A DNA stretch of 64,000 nucleotides from Octopus vulgaris (Eukaryota), in NCBI GenBank assembly GCA_951406725.2, contig OX597816.1, forward strand, positions 40,858,001 to 40,922,000, given 5' to 3'. Under the pieces are notes generated by a model that worked only from the letters and a program-made list of their open reading frames with translations, did no database searches and had not been told where the DNA came from. Of the stretch, positions 1 to 13,949 are shown piece after piece. Within the stretch, counting starts at the first letter, position 1. Every line of letters begins with the position of its first letter. A program made the translations under genes and the position numbers.

Positions 1-683
1 GCCATTTTGACACTCTTGTTATTCATATAATTTTAACGTCATCTAGTAAGTACGATAAAATGTTATGTATATTTCGTAAACAATATTATTATACGATTAT
101 AATTTTATGAAAGAAATATTTTAACCTTTCATACAATGTTATTCAAGATTTTAATGGTGCTATATATCGTTTTGTGTTTTTATTACAAAGAATTATGATG
201 GTTTTCGCATAAAGGCTAATGAACAAAAACTAAACCTTCGGCTGTTTTAAATATTCAATGAATTATAATGAACTGTATATGTTTCTCAGTGGGTCTAAAA
301 TCCTAATTACATACATTAAGCAAACTGTAAATAAATCTGTTTTTAAAAAGTTCCATTGAAAGCTGGCCGTCTAAATACGACTGTTATACATATAGCATTC
401 TTTTCTCTACTACTCTTTCTCTTAAATGATTATGATTTTAGCGTAACTATTTTATATAAGTAATTTAAAGATTCAAACATTCACGACGTTATCGCTTTAT
501 ATGTCAATATGTACCCTTCTAGCACTTCTTCGCACTCAAGTATTTTGTATAATTGCAATGTCATTGTTCTGCGTCCAACTTTACATTGTACCCGTCTACT
601 ACTGTGTATATACATACATGTATGTACGTATATATTTATATTTACACACACACACACACACTCACACACATGTATATATATAT

Positions 684-736
<53 letters not shown>

Positions 737-757
737 TATATCCATATATATATATAT

Positions 758-801
<44 letters not shown>

Positions 802-1001
802 GAAATATGTTTCAAAAAGAAAATATAAAATACACGTGGAAATGTAAGGGTAAAATAAGAAAAATCAACGAAAATGCACATTGTAAATAAAAAAGAAAAG
901 GCTTTTTATGAAATGTAAGACAAATACATACATTTAGATGGACTGAGGTAGTAATAAAAGTCATAAAAGTCATTATTATGAGATGATTAAAAAGTCAGAA
1001 A

Positions 1002-1086
<85 letters not shown>

Positions 1087-1088
<2 letters not shown>

Positions 1089-1317
1089 AGAGGCGCAATG
1101 GCCTAGTGGTTAGGGCAGCGGACTCGCGGTCGCAGGATCGCGGTTTCGATTCTCAGACCGGGCGTTGTGTGTGTTTATTGAGCGAAAACACCTAAAAGCT
1201 CTACGAGGCTCCGGCAGGGGGTGGTGATCCCTGCTGTACTCTTTCACCACAATGGCGGTGCCCCAGCATGGCCACAGCTCAAGAGCTGAAACTGGAAAAA
1301 CCAAAAAAAAAAAAAAC
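1087..1317 (+). mobile_element. tRNA-headed SINE (family S1), internally deleted, ending in the LINE-type 3' tail
   Basis: Head GGCGCAATGGCCTAGTGGTTAGGGCAGCGGAC...GGTTTCGATTC has Pol III A/B boxes and matches the copies ending at 56497(-) and 58347(-). Tail GGCGGTGCCCCAGCATGGCC...CTGAAAC plus an A-run. Confidence 0.85.
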
Positions 1318-1318
1318 A

Positions 1319-1357
<39 letters not shown>

Positions 1358-2150
1358 ACAAATTAAAAGGGTGGTTTATTAGCAATTAGAAACTGAAGGC
1401 AGATAAATAGAGGCAACACAATTGACGGTGGGTACTGACTAGCACTGCTTATGCTAAAATAAGATTTAGATTAACTCCAAAGCCACCAAGGCACCTACTT
1501 AATGACTGACGAAGGGAGGTAAGTCCCTAGCGTCTATAGCCCTATCGCAATTTGGAATGATTGTGTAGACCAACTTATTTCCCATCGGTGGCTCTCAACT
1601 TCCTTTGTCAATCTTATAGGAAAAACCGTTCCAAACGTCGGTAGAATTTGAACTCAGAATGAAAATCGGGTCGAAATGCCGCTAAAGTTATAAACGTATC
1701 TTCATACCAAGATTTGACCAATATTCATCAATTGTATTTTCATTTATTAATTCACTCAGTTTCCGTATTAAATTATTTTTAGAAATATTCTACACCTGCA
1801 AAACCCTATCTAATTGACTACACCCAAAATTAATCAAGGGATATATTTTAAACATAATCTACCTCCTGATAGATTCTCTAGAATTAAGATTACTATCTGT
1901 AACAAAGTCTTTTCATATTTTGAATATAGCATTTTTGGAAAAGTAGACCAGATAATGCAGATAAAATTTCGAAATCCACCCTTCCCAAATTGAATTACTT
2001 CTCTTTCATCTGCTGTTCGTGATGTTTTTTTTATTCTTTGGACTTTTCCATTTTCCATTTTTCCTTTCCAACGCAGACCTATGCTGGAAACGACAAAAAA
2101 CTATCTCTTTCTACTGAGCGCCAAACTAATATACTCCATGTGTAGGTCTT

Positions 2151-2409
2151 CTAGATGTTTGCTATTGTTATTTTAAATCTTCGTTTATTCGATATATATA
2201 GGTAATCCAAACATGAAAGCACAACGAGAAGACACAACAACGCGAGGACGTAGAAAAGGTATAGTGTTATTGGACGCTCAGGAAAGAAAAGAAGGTTGGA
2301 GGATTTAACGTTTCGAGCGGAGCTCTTCGTTAGAAAAATAGGAAAAGGAATAATCCAAGGAAGGGAAGACGGAGGAAAAAAAATCGCCAACGATACACAC
2401 ACGTTCACA

Positions 2410-2410
<1 letters not shown>
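2151..2410 (-). mobile_element. Non-autonomous Penelope-like (pLTR-type) fragment with degenerate minimal hammerhead at 2303..2337
   Basis: Minus strand TTT-CTAACGA-A-GAGC tcc GCTC-GAAAC-GTT-AAA (G5 mutated). Homologous to 58835..59022 and 62065..62260; abuts (TA)n. Confidence 0.65.
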
Positions 2411-2448
<38 letters not shown>

Positions 2449-2630
2449 AATGAGTGTGCGTGTGTATGTATATGTGTGTATGTGTAAATATGTAGATAAA
2501 AAATTTGAAGTGAAAGGAGAGATGTTTATTCCATCAGTTGATAGCCGATTCGTAATCTACATCGGTTACATAAGTGTCTCACATATGTATGTATACTTAA
2601 GAATTTATATATATCTCTTTCTTTCTGTAT

Positions 2631-2669
2631 TCCTTTCTGTGGAAGAGCGTAGGCTCGAAACGTTAAGGA
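2631..2669 (+). ncRNA. Minimal hammerhead-like motif (CUGUGGA core variant) within repeat about 2490..2742
   Basis: TCCTTT-CTGTGGA-A-GAGC gtag GCTC-GAAAC-GTT-AAGGA. Identical core at 12571; the element ends GTGAATTCTCCC-(TA)n in both copies. Confidence 0.55.
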
Positions 2670-2739
2670 CTTTTTCAATTCTCGAGCGTTTGTCTTCTAC
2701 ACCACCCGTGTAAGTCTTTTTGTTTTTTGGGTGAATTCT

Positions 2740-2786
<47 letters not shown>

Positions 2787-2867
2787 AATAATGAGGGAGA
2801 TAAATTAATATTAATTTTAATATCAATTTAAAACCAGTAGTCCAGCATACAAAAAATCTGAGAAGTC

Positions 2868-2933
<66 letters not shown>

Positions 2934-3020
2934 GCTTACTTACATACATACAAACATGCTTACTTACATACATACAAACATACATACAAACATACATACA
3001 TACATGCATACATACATACA

Positions 3021-3056
<36 letters not shown>

Positions 3057-3426
3057 TGCATACATACATAGATACATAGATACATACATATGCATATATT
3101 TTGGTATGTACTACAACACACGTGTGGCTTTCTTAATCGAAGATATGTAAAACTAGAATGCAATACAGAATATGGGATATATAGTGTATTTGAAATCGGA
3201 ATGATGTTTGTTTTGTCTTTAGATATATATTCCTGATATCCTAAATTAAATATTTTCTAATCTTATATTTCAAACAGTCCTGGTATTATTGCTTTTAATT
3301 TATTTTAATGTTATTTTTTTTATTCAGGAAAAAGAGCCAAAAGTGATTTAAATCTTTCTAGTTTTTAAATCTACATATCACTTTATTTTGACAATAAATC
3401 TATTCAACCTCACTACAATTTCTACC

Positions 3427-4075
<649 letters not shown>

Positions 4076-4646
4076 GTTAACATTAATTCTGTTTTGTCCA
4101 TTTTGCCGCTTGTTATTCTTGATGCTGTTTTCCAGTTCGGTTTTTTTTGTTATTATTTATGGGTTCTTTCAGGAACAAGCCATGTGCTTCCCTGAATTTT
4201 TATTTCTTGTCTAAATACCAGTCATGGAATATACATAACTTTTCCCTCGTATTTGATTTTAATGGAAATAATTAAGATAACAGTCTTGAATAAATAAAGA
4301 AACGAAGATAACAACAGAAAAGTTAAGACATAAATGTAATACGAACAAAAATTTGTAATGCTGATTTATTGCCAGAGACTGCTTCGACGTAATAAAATAC
4401 TCATCAATTTCAAATACACACATTATACAGACAGACATAAGCTCACACGTTCGTATACACACAAGCGCGTGCGCGCGTACACGCGCACACTCACATACGC
4501 ACACATACGTGCGAATAGCGTATGCATGTGTATATATACATATATACTTCTTTTTATATATGTACGCATATGTTTACACATATACATATATATACATATA
4601 CATGTATATACATGTATGTATATATATCTATATGCATATATATATT

Positions 4647-4744
<98 letters not shown>

Positions 4745-5727
4745 CATATATATTTGTATACATATATGTATGAATGCGTATAAACCTATTTGTAATGCCA
4801 TGGGAGATATTACTATTTACATACTGGTACAATTTAATTTAATTGTGCTTTTATGTATTGCCATCATTCAGATTTATTTTCATTAAGTCATTGTGCACTT
4901 TCTCTATGAAAGAGCAGTAAAAAATTACCTCAACTGTATAAATTTATGAAAATACACACACAAAAAACAACGGAAACGCATTGCGAAGAAAAACAAACGT
5001 TAAGGGAACCTTATTGTTAGTTATATACTTATATACACTTACGCACATTTACATGCACATAGAGATAATAAAATATATAACGCGAAACGACATTTTTATT
5101 TATATCTCTTTGTATGCATACAGATGTGACAAATGCACTGAAAAAAATGTGTTAAAATAAACTATGCTTTACTAGCTCTGGTAGGAAAGTAACCCAAAGT
5201 ATGTTTACTAGGAGTATGTTAATCATGTTAAGTACTTCTTATACATACATTAAATATTTATAAAGTTAATCAGAATCTGTAGTAAAGGTTCGCACGGCAT
5301 TTTCACTATAAAGAAAAAAAAAATTGTTCAAATCATTATTTGGAGGGAAAGAAATGTGACTGTTGTTATGGAAACCCCTAAACGCAATTTGCACGTAGTT
5401 GGAATCACACCGACACACATTTCTTTACAAACGACCATACATATACGCACATATAAACATACGTATAGAAGTAATATTCATTACCCGAGGAAGGTTTATG
5501 TGGTTTTCGAAATATATACTCCTAATTTAACTTTGAAAACAACACTTGAGTTGTACATATCACAAGTAGTATTTATGTATAAAATATTTTTCTTTAAAGT
5601 GATAATTGTTATTGCTGCATAATCTACAAACAAACACGCAAGAAAACACGAACATACATAGATATGCAAACAGATATATGTGCATGCATGCATGTATGTA
5701 GCCATGTATATAGATGTGTGTCCCTTG

Positions 5728-5767
<40 letters not shown>

Positions 5768-6789
5768 GACACACACACACACACCAATAAATATGTATAC
5801 ATCTATCACTCTCCACATTGTGTAGATATCTTAATGTTTGTGACAGAGCAATTAAAAGCTATGAGACATTCAAATCTAAGCTATTACAGTAACTGGTTTT
5901 GAATTGAGATAGAGTGGGTGGTATTTCGGTACAGTAAAATGGTGTCCTGTTCATGCATGTGTATAACACTCAGTACCAATATTATATTATAGCCCTTCCA
6001 GAATTTTCTATATCTAGATTATTACATATCTGCCACGCCTTCGCCCCAGGGAGTGAATCGTAGTTTTTTTCAACCTCTCCCGGTAATTCATCTGCTACAA
6101 GTTTTTAGTGTAGTGATGTTGGATTGTCTCAAGCTCTGCTCTTATGTTGGCACTATGTCGTGACCATAGCTGAGAGGAGCAGTCTAGGCGGCTGAGAGCA
6201 GAGGTTCTCCACAGGGTCAATATAACTTCTCGGGTTCTTGTCTTGAAGGACATTTATATCTATGAAGCCAGTTGCTTACACTTCGCTGCCATCTTGGTGA
6301 TGTGTATATAAAATGGTGCATCATTGCGCATACTGATCCCCGTTTACTCTACTTTTTCATTTATGAACGTACCAATCATACTTCTCTCTGAAAAAAATAG
6401 CTCCTTTTGCTGTTGAGTAAAATAACCTCGCAGAAGGGAGGTTTCAATGTCTTCCTTCAATTTCCTTACCCATTTATGTGGCTTTTTCTGACAAGAAATT
6501 TCGCTTTCATGTAAAACAACTATATTTTGTAGTCGTTATCCGTAATCTAACCACCAGACAACTCAGTAGATCTTCTTTGCATCACTAGCACATTATATCT
6601 TCTCTGATCATTGAAGTGCAACGATCCCAACAATAACCAGCATTCAGTTTTGTTTTCCGTTCCTAGGTTAATTGGAAACATAGATTGCTGTGCTACTCAT
6701 AAACCTCGATAGTTCAATCATTTGGTGGAAAAAATACCACCAAAGCAACTTGAACCGTTCAAAGGACGGGTGCGTTCGCAAATGTATAT

Positions 6790-7103
6790 AGTGGCACCTT
6801 GGGCAAGTGGTTTCTACTATAGCCTCGGGTTGACCAAAGCCTTGTGCATGGATTTGGTAGACGGAAACGGAAAGAAGCCCGTCGTATATGTGTGTGCGTG
6901 TGTGTACGTGTATGTTTGCATGTCTGTGTTTGTCCCCCAAACATGGCTTGACAACCGATACTGGAGAGTTAATATCCCCATAACTTAGCGGTAGGGCAAA
7001 AGAGACCGATACAATAAGTACTAGGCTTACAAATAAGTCCTGGGGTCGATTTGCTCGACTAAACGCGGTGCTCCAAATGACTGAAAGAAGTAAAAGAGTA
7101 AAA
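6790..7103 (+). mobile_element. SINE family S2, 5'-truncated
   Basis: Reverse-complement match to 60172..60544; ends GCGGTGCTCCA...GACTGAAAGAAGTAAAAGAGTAAAAG before (TA)n. Confidence 0.85.
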
Positions 7104-7140
<37 letters not shown>

Positions 7141-8054
7141 TGCATATACATATATAATTATATACCCACAAACGCATAAAGATATACTTGAAGATGCTTC
7201 AACGAAAATGTTTTCTATTACTTTTGACAAGCATCGGCGCTCTAAATTAGATTTCTGACATCGTGATATTCTCGAAGAGTATTTATGTCAATAACAGAAG
7301 TGTACTTAATTGTGACGATTGTTTTTATTACCAGGGTGCAACAGTATCCAGTATAGGACCAATTCTTAAGTAGGATACCTTTGGCCAACAAAATTAAACC
7401 TGCGTTAAGAACCATAATAGGTGGAATGTTACGAAATATCCGTCCTTTGGTTTTGTGCTCACACTACGCAATAAATTACGCATTCACAAAAAATTAGAAT
7501 AAGCACTACTAAAGAAATCTTGAAATCCCTTCCTTCTCTTTCTTTCAGTCTCCCTATTCCTGTCTGTCTGTCTGTATGTATGTATACATATATATGTATG
7601 TATAGGCTACAGTTCAGTCAACGTAAGGACAACAATCTAACTACTCTATCCAGTGAGATATAAACATTATTAAACCTAGTCTGCATAAGAGCTACTTTGA
7701 GTCACGTGTTTATGTAGCTTTTTATAACTTTGTCTCTTCGGAACGTTATAAAATCTGTCTAATCATTTGTCTCGACGGCAAGTAACTAACTAGTATCTCC
7801 TATTTTAATAAATTGTACATTAAATGATTTATGTGTGTATATGTATACAAAGGCACCCACACACATACACACGCAAAACACACACACACACATGCGTGCA
7901 CATATTGCATTAACGCGTATCACTCTACTCGTTATATATACGTGGTTAATGGTAGTCATCGTTGCCTAGCCTAGCTTAGCGATTTAATCACAAAGTCAAA
8001 ATACGGTAAGACATTGTATATACCGAACTACATATTTCGATATTCACCACCCGT

Positions 8055-8136
<82 letters not shown>

Positions 8137-9390
8137 GAAAATTATTTACTCCACTATAATCAACCTTTGAAGTGAAGGATGTTATTTTACTCTGCTGAAA
8201 TGAAAGCAATGCTAATTAAAAAGGGTGTAGAAAAACAAGCTTCGTCAAATTTCAAAACAAATATGTTAATAAATAAATAAAACTAATCTATAAACAAAAA
8301 CGTATAGTATCCATGTTCATATTCATAATTGTGAGAAGAGATCAATATTTCCAAGGTTATTTTCTAAAACTGAACATTTTAATAAAAACATAAATGGGCG
8401 TTACATATTTTTAATCAGACGTAAAGTTGTTTTAATTACATAAACATATATTTCTTCGTAAGTTATTTCACAATAAGGCTTTGATGTTGTAATACGTTTC
8501 CAATACTTTAAGGTAGTTTATATTGGTTTATGATATATTTTTTGTTTCATGCAAGGTGTTGAATAACAAAGATCTTGAAAGTAAGTCCTTAACATATATG
8601 TTTGGTTAAATCTCAAAATGAAAGTTTCATACTTCCTGTTTTCCTTTAAATTCGACCATGTATAATGAAAAGAAAATTTTCGTTGCTTATTTAATATAAA
8701 TTTTTTCGATTTGATTTTCATTCCTTACATTTAAAGAACATATGTATTTTCATACGAAATCCAGTATTTCTTTTAATTTCTGGCAAAGAAGATCAAAAAT
8801 AAGGAAAGATTTTTGTAATCTAATTTCAATCTTTATGTGAATTCTTTTAATATTACATGTATTTCAAAAGCCCAAGTCCTTTCATAAATGACATCCGCAG
8901 AATCTAGGACGAAATAAATTAAACATTCACGATACGAATAAGATATATAACGCACTAATATAAGGAGATATACATATATTTATATATGAACAAGGAAAAA
9001 AAAATATAATCAAAGCTCGTTCGCAATCTGTAGGTTCGTAAGGTCGGTTTCACGGATTCCTTAGCGTAAATATTCCAACTCCAATGACGAAACCTTACTC
9101 TGATGCAGGAATGTCCATTGTAGAAGGTCAGGAGTAACGTGATATGAAGTGTCTTGCTCAAGAACACACTGCATCCTCAATGTAAACAAAATCTGTCTAT
9201 AGACGTAGAGGTACACTCGAAAGCTGCGATAAAATTTCGTATATGAAAAATGATCAAATTGTGAACACCTGTGTATGTATGTATAAAACGTACCGATTCT
9301 GTAATATTCACTTAAAAATTTTTAATTTATCCTACAGTTGTATTTTAAGAGAAATCCCTTTTTAGATTTGGGTTACAGTTGCATGTACAC

Positions 9391-9526
<136 letters not shown>

Positions 9527-10871
9527 GCCTATGCATTTTTGGGTGCTACACAATTCGAATCCAATGCAAGTTTAATATTTAATATTGTAATCCTACAAAT
9601 AAAACCTTTCTTCTCAGCTATTATTCTCCACTGGAAATCATGGAAAACGTCGATGTTTCGAAATTATTGACATGTATAAATTTAACTTATTACTCCATTA
9701 TCTGTATGAGCAAGTTTGGAAAAAGAAAATTGTCGCATTTCAAAAACGGTAGAGAAACAAATGCTGGTTTATCAGATGTATCTAATGAAAATCTTATTCT
9801 CTTCTTAATTGATGGCATAATACTTTCGAATTTTGGCCTAAGGCCAACAATATTAGGAAGAGTGGGTAAGTCTGTTACTTATTTTATCTACCCTGAGAGG
9901 ATGAACGACAAAATGAACTTGTCAGAAAATGAACTAGGGAAGTAAAGACAGATTAAATATCTAAGCTCTTCGTCTGGTCTGTTAACAATTCTGCCAACTC
10001 ACCGTCTTCAATACCGATTGATTAAGTTAATGCCACCTTTATGGCAAATAGTTGATTCCACCGGGTATAAAATTCTTCACGTTCCAAGGCGAAAAAACAC
10101 TGATTACTTCTTTTAATCTTCGCGTGATTTTTCTCTCTAAATATTATCAAAATTATTGAAGAGAGATGATACCCATTTGGATGAATGTTAAAAAAATAAG
10201 GAAGAGGAGGCAAAAGTCGATAATTAGCGTCACAAGTTTTCCTGAAGGTAAAATGTCACATTGGATTACAGAACAAAATCAATACCCAGTTACGATAACC
10301 AATCAAGGGTGCTTTTTCGGCAATTCATTGTACAGCGCTTCCAGATGACAGCAATACGTCTTTGCAGTTATTGCTTAGATTTTGCTGAAGATAGCATTCC
10401 CCTTTAGTGTCCAACCAATCACAGAACGTAATAGTTTTGGAGCTTTAGTCTGGTTTGGGGTTGGATTCCAGTATTTCATAGGGTGCTGACCATTGTCGTT
10501 TTCGTTGGTTACGATTATAGATGGAAGACTATTCAACTCTTGTGATGATTTTACTTTGGACATTTTTGGTATCATGCCTACAATTCAGTGAGGTGCATCA
10601 CTTAGATTAAGCTGAAAAAGTGTCATATGATGAGGAACCCACTGACCAAGTTTAAACAATTTTGCCATTTAATAAAACTATTTTATGAATGATGTGTGAC
10701 ATGAATGTAACTGTTTAACTAATTCTCATGCAATACATACATACATACATACATACATATGTACATAAAAAGTAACATACATACATGAATATATATTCAT
10801 GAATATATATATATATATGCAAATAATAATAAATCTCTAAGCGTGATATAAACAATAGCAGCACTACAATG

Positions 10872-11070
10872 TGAACTATATTTGCCACCTAAATGTGGCT
10901 GACCCATATGGGACGATGCTACTGTAGTTTATAGCTTCAGGAAGACATCTCCTAATGATGCACTTTCTTTGCCCATTTCGTATATGCAAAGGGATATCAT
11001 CGTTCCCATCTCCAGTCTGACGTCATACATACAGACCATCATCCCATATGGGTCAGGTGGCAAATATACT
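10872..11070. repeat. Interspersed repeat with a partial inverted copy of its own start
   Basis: TATATTTGCCACCT...CTGACCCATATGGGACGATG (10878..10918) is inverted at 11037..11068. The body is homologous to 61881..62035. Confidence 0.7.
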
Positions 11071-12057
11071 ATATGTATATACACTTATCCACAAATTGTA
11101 CTTCGCGTGTTTCCGAAAGTGATACACACACGCGCGGACGCACACAAACACATTAAAACATGAAATATATATGTATACTTACATGCAAACAAAGAAGCAC
11201 ACACACACACACACACACATACACACACACTCACACATATACATGTATGTAGTTTTTGTGCAAGTCATTCTGTATATCTCTCTATAATATTTTCTTTAGA
11301 GTAACTATATCTGTTTCTGGTTATTTAAATACTCATGCACTCGCAAATCGACAGAAACAAAAACTAACTTAAAATAAAGACACATAATCACGCGCACGCA
11401 TATATGTTAGTATGACTGCACATCTATGTAAATATGCGTGTGTGTATTTATGAAAAGCGAGAGAGTGTGAAGGAGAGAGAAGGAGAGGGGGATTAAGAGA
11501 GCGAGTTTGAGTGAGATGTGCATACATATATGCATGATGTTAATCTAGTGGTAATGGAATATAGGAAAAAAAGAACGTCCGCTGTATAGTATTGCGTTGC
11601 GCACAAAGCTTTTGCATTAAGAAGAAAAAATAGCAACATGGGAAATAATTAGGTGGAAGACGTTCGTAATTAGAAAGATAGGAAATGAAAATGAGAAAAT
11701 GAGATGATTGCTACAGATATGCTATTGAATAGACATACTCGCAAATACTATGATAAAATAAAGCAAGAATACAGAAGTGTAACGAATATAGACGTTACAT
11801 GGTTGTCCGAAATAGTCAACAAGAAGCAAGAGTAAAGAAATGGATGTTGCAACATAAAAATCGAACGTAAATAAAACGAAAACTTAAAAGTAAATATATA
11901 ATAATAATGATCTGAGACAATGTTGACTTTGGTGAAAGCCCAGCCAAAATTGTAGAAAAAGTAAGCAAAAAAATACACGGAAAGCAATATAAATAATGTT
12001 TACGATACACACAAAAACACACATACAGACGCACACATAATGTTATATGTATATCTG

Positions 12058-12110
<53 letters not shown>

Positions 12111-12163
12111 GTATATATATGTATAAATACATATATATCTATAAATAAATATATATATACATA

Positions 12164-12241
<78 letters not shown>

Positions 12242-12248
<7 letters not shown>

Positions 12249-12399
12249 CGAAGAGGGTCTTTGCAACAAGTTGCTAGACCATATACCGAAAGTATTAGAA
12301 ATAACAGCCAGAGGACTGTTATTTCTTTTACTACTGCTATTTTTAATACTTTCGGTATGTGGTCTAGCAACTTGTTGCAAATACCCTCTTTGTTATAAT
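12242..12399. repeat. Fold-back palindrome, about 65 bp arms, adjacent to (TA)n
   Basis: AAGAGGGTCTTTGCAACAAGTTGCTAGACCATATACCGAAAGTATT is inverted as AATACTTTCGGTATGTGGTCTAGCAACTTGTTGCAAATACCCTCTT. Confidence 0.92.
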
Positions 12400-12513
12400 T
12401 ATATAAACATTTACCAAATATGGTCATTTTCCATACCGAAATACTACTTGGTGAAATTTGTTTATTTTATTAAATTAATTATATTTCACCCTTTATCTGT
12501 ATATACATATATC

Positions 12514-12565
<52 letters not shown>

Positions 12566-12570
12566 TATAT

Positions 12571-12688
12571 CTGTGGAAGAGCGTAGGCTCGAAACGTTAA
12601 CGACTTTTTCACTTCACGAGCATTAAACTAATACATCTGTCTGTTGTGTACACCACCTGTCTACATGTTTAGTTTTTTTGTGAATTCT

Positions 12689-12692
<4 letters not shown>
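12571..12692 (+). mobile_element. Truncated copy of the 2631 hammerhead-bearing repeat between two (TA)n tracts
   Basis: Begins exactly at the core CTGTGGAAGAGCGTAGGCTCGAAACGTTAA and ends GTGAATTCTCCC. Confidence 0.75.
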
Positions 12693-12746
<54 letters not shown>

Positions 12747-13423
12747 CATAGTCCTCAATTGCTACACCAAATTATGGTCAAGCATTGTTATACATCTTAT
12801 GTAGCACAATGAATAAAATCAACAGAATGAAGAAAAAATACTATCTAAATATATATATATAGTAGCTACATATAATATATTAGAAGAAACAATATCTGCA
12901 TATATGTGAATAATCCACAGCAAATTTAAATTCTTTATCTTCAATTACTATACCAAATTATGGTCAAACATTTCAGTAATATAGAAATTGCGTTTAGATT
13001 TTCCTTTGTGTTATAAACTCTGAATATAAATCTACTTACTTGAATATTATTAGGCAATTCATCCGATATATATTTACTTTTCTGCTACCTACGCCTTTAT
13101 TTTATTCACAGTGAACCCATACATACTACCAAACTATGTATTTAGTTAGACACTAAATACCCGCGTGTTTATCATATGAAAGATGCAAAATACCAGTATA
13201 ATGTATTCTTGACAGGGTAGATAAATATTTTAGACATGATGCTATTCTGGAATCTGAGATTGGTTCTAATTCTATTCATTAGACATCACACATATCTTCA
13301 GATATCAATCACTTGCAAGTATCAGTTTTGGACTTTCAACTTGCTTGCGGTACCTCATAGAATTAAATGTAAAATATTCATGAAGCTTTAACCTACTTTC
13401 CTGAATATGGAAGGGCATATAAT

Positions 13424-13949
13424 GAATTACAGGGAAAATGCGATCATGGAAATTAATATTCTTAAGATTTATAAACATGGAAAAGTACAGGACAAGTTTT
13501 TACAACTGGAAAAGTATAGGACAAGCTATTACTTCTAGTAAAAGATAAGAAACTTTTTACTTAAAATATTGCAGCAAAGAATGCCAATCCTTCTAATTTA
13601 TCACCCTTTACAGTACTCATCTTTTAAATTTATTGTACAAAGCTGTTCAGCTAATTCGTAAGTTTATATAATTATTCACTTTTGCAGTATTTAAGGGAGT
13701 AAATTAACCAAATTCTACTTAAATAAGTATAGAGTTATTTGTAAACTATAATAAAATAAATTTTGATATTGAAATTTTAATTTTAGCTGCAATATTCGCA
13801 GTAAAAAATTTCTTATTCTTTACTTTACTTGAAGGAATAGTTTGTTCTATACTTTTCCTGGTGTAATAACTTGTCCTGTACTTTTCTAGGTTTATAATCT
13901 TGAGAATATTACTTTTCATGCTGGCATTTTCCCATGTCATCCGTAATTC
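13424..13949. mobile_element. Old MITE/fold-back with about 160 bp diverged inverted arms
   Basis: 13424..13582 (...GAAAAGTACAGGACAAGTT...GGAAAAGTATAG...) versus 13782..13949 (...CTATACTTTTCC...AACTTGTCCTGTACTTTTC...). Confidence 0.7.

Noticed and set aside
10375-10575. ORF ending PKLLRSVIGWTLKG, faintly like BEL/Pao gag-pol
   Set aside because: A single weak motif, with no LTRs or other domains nearby.
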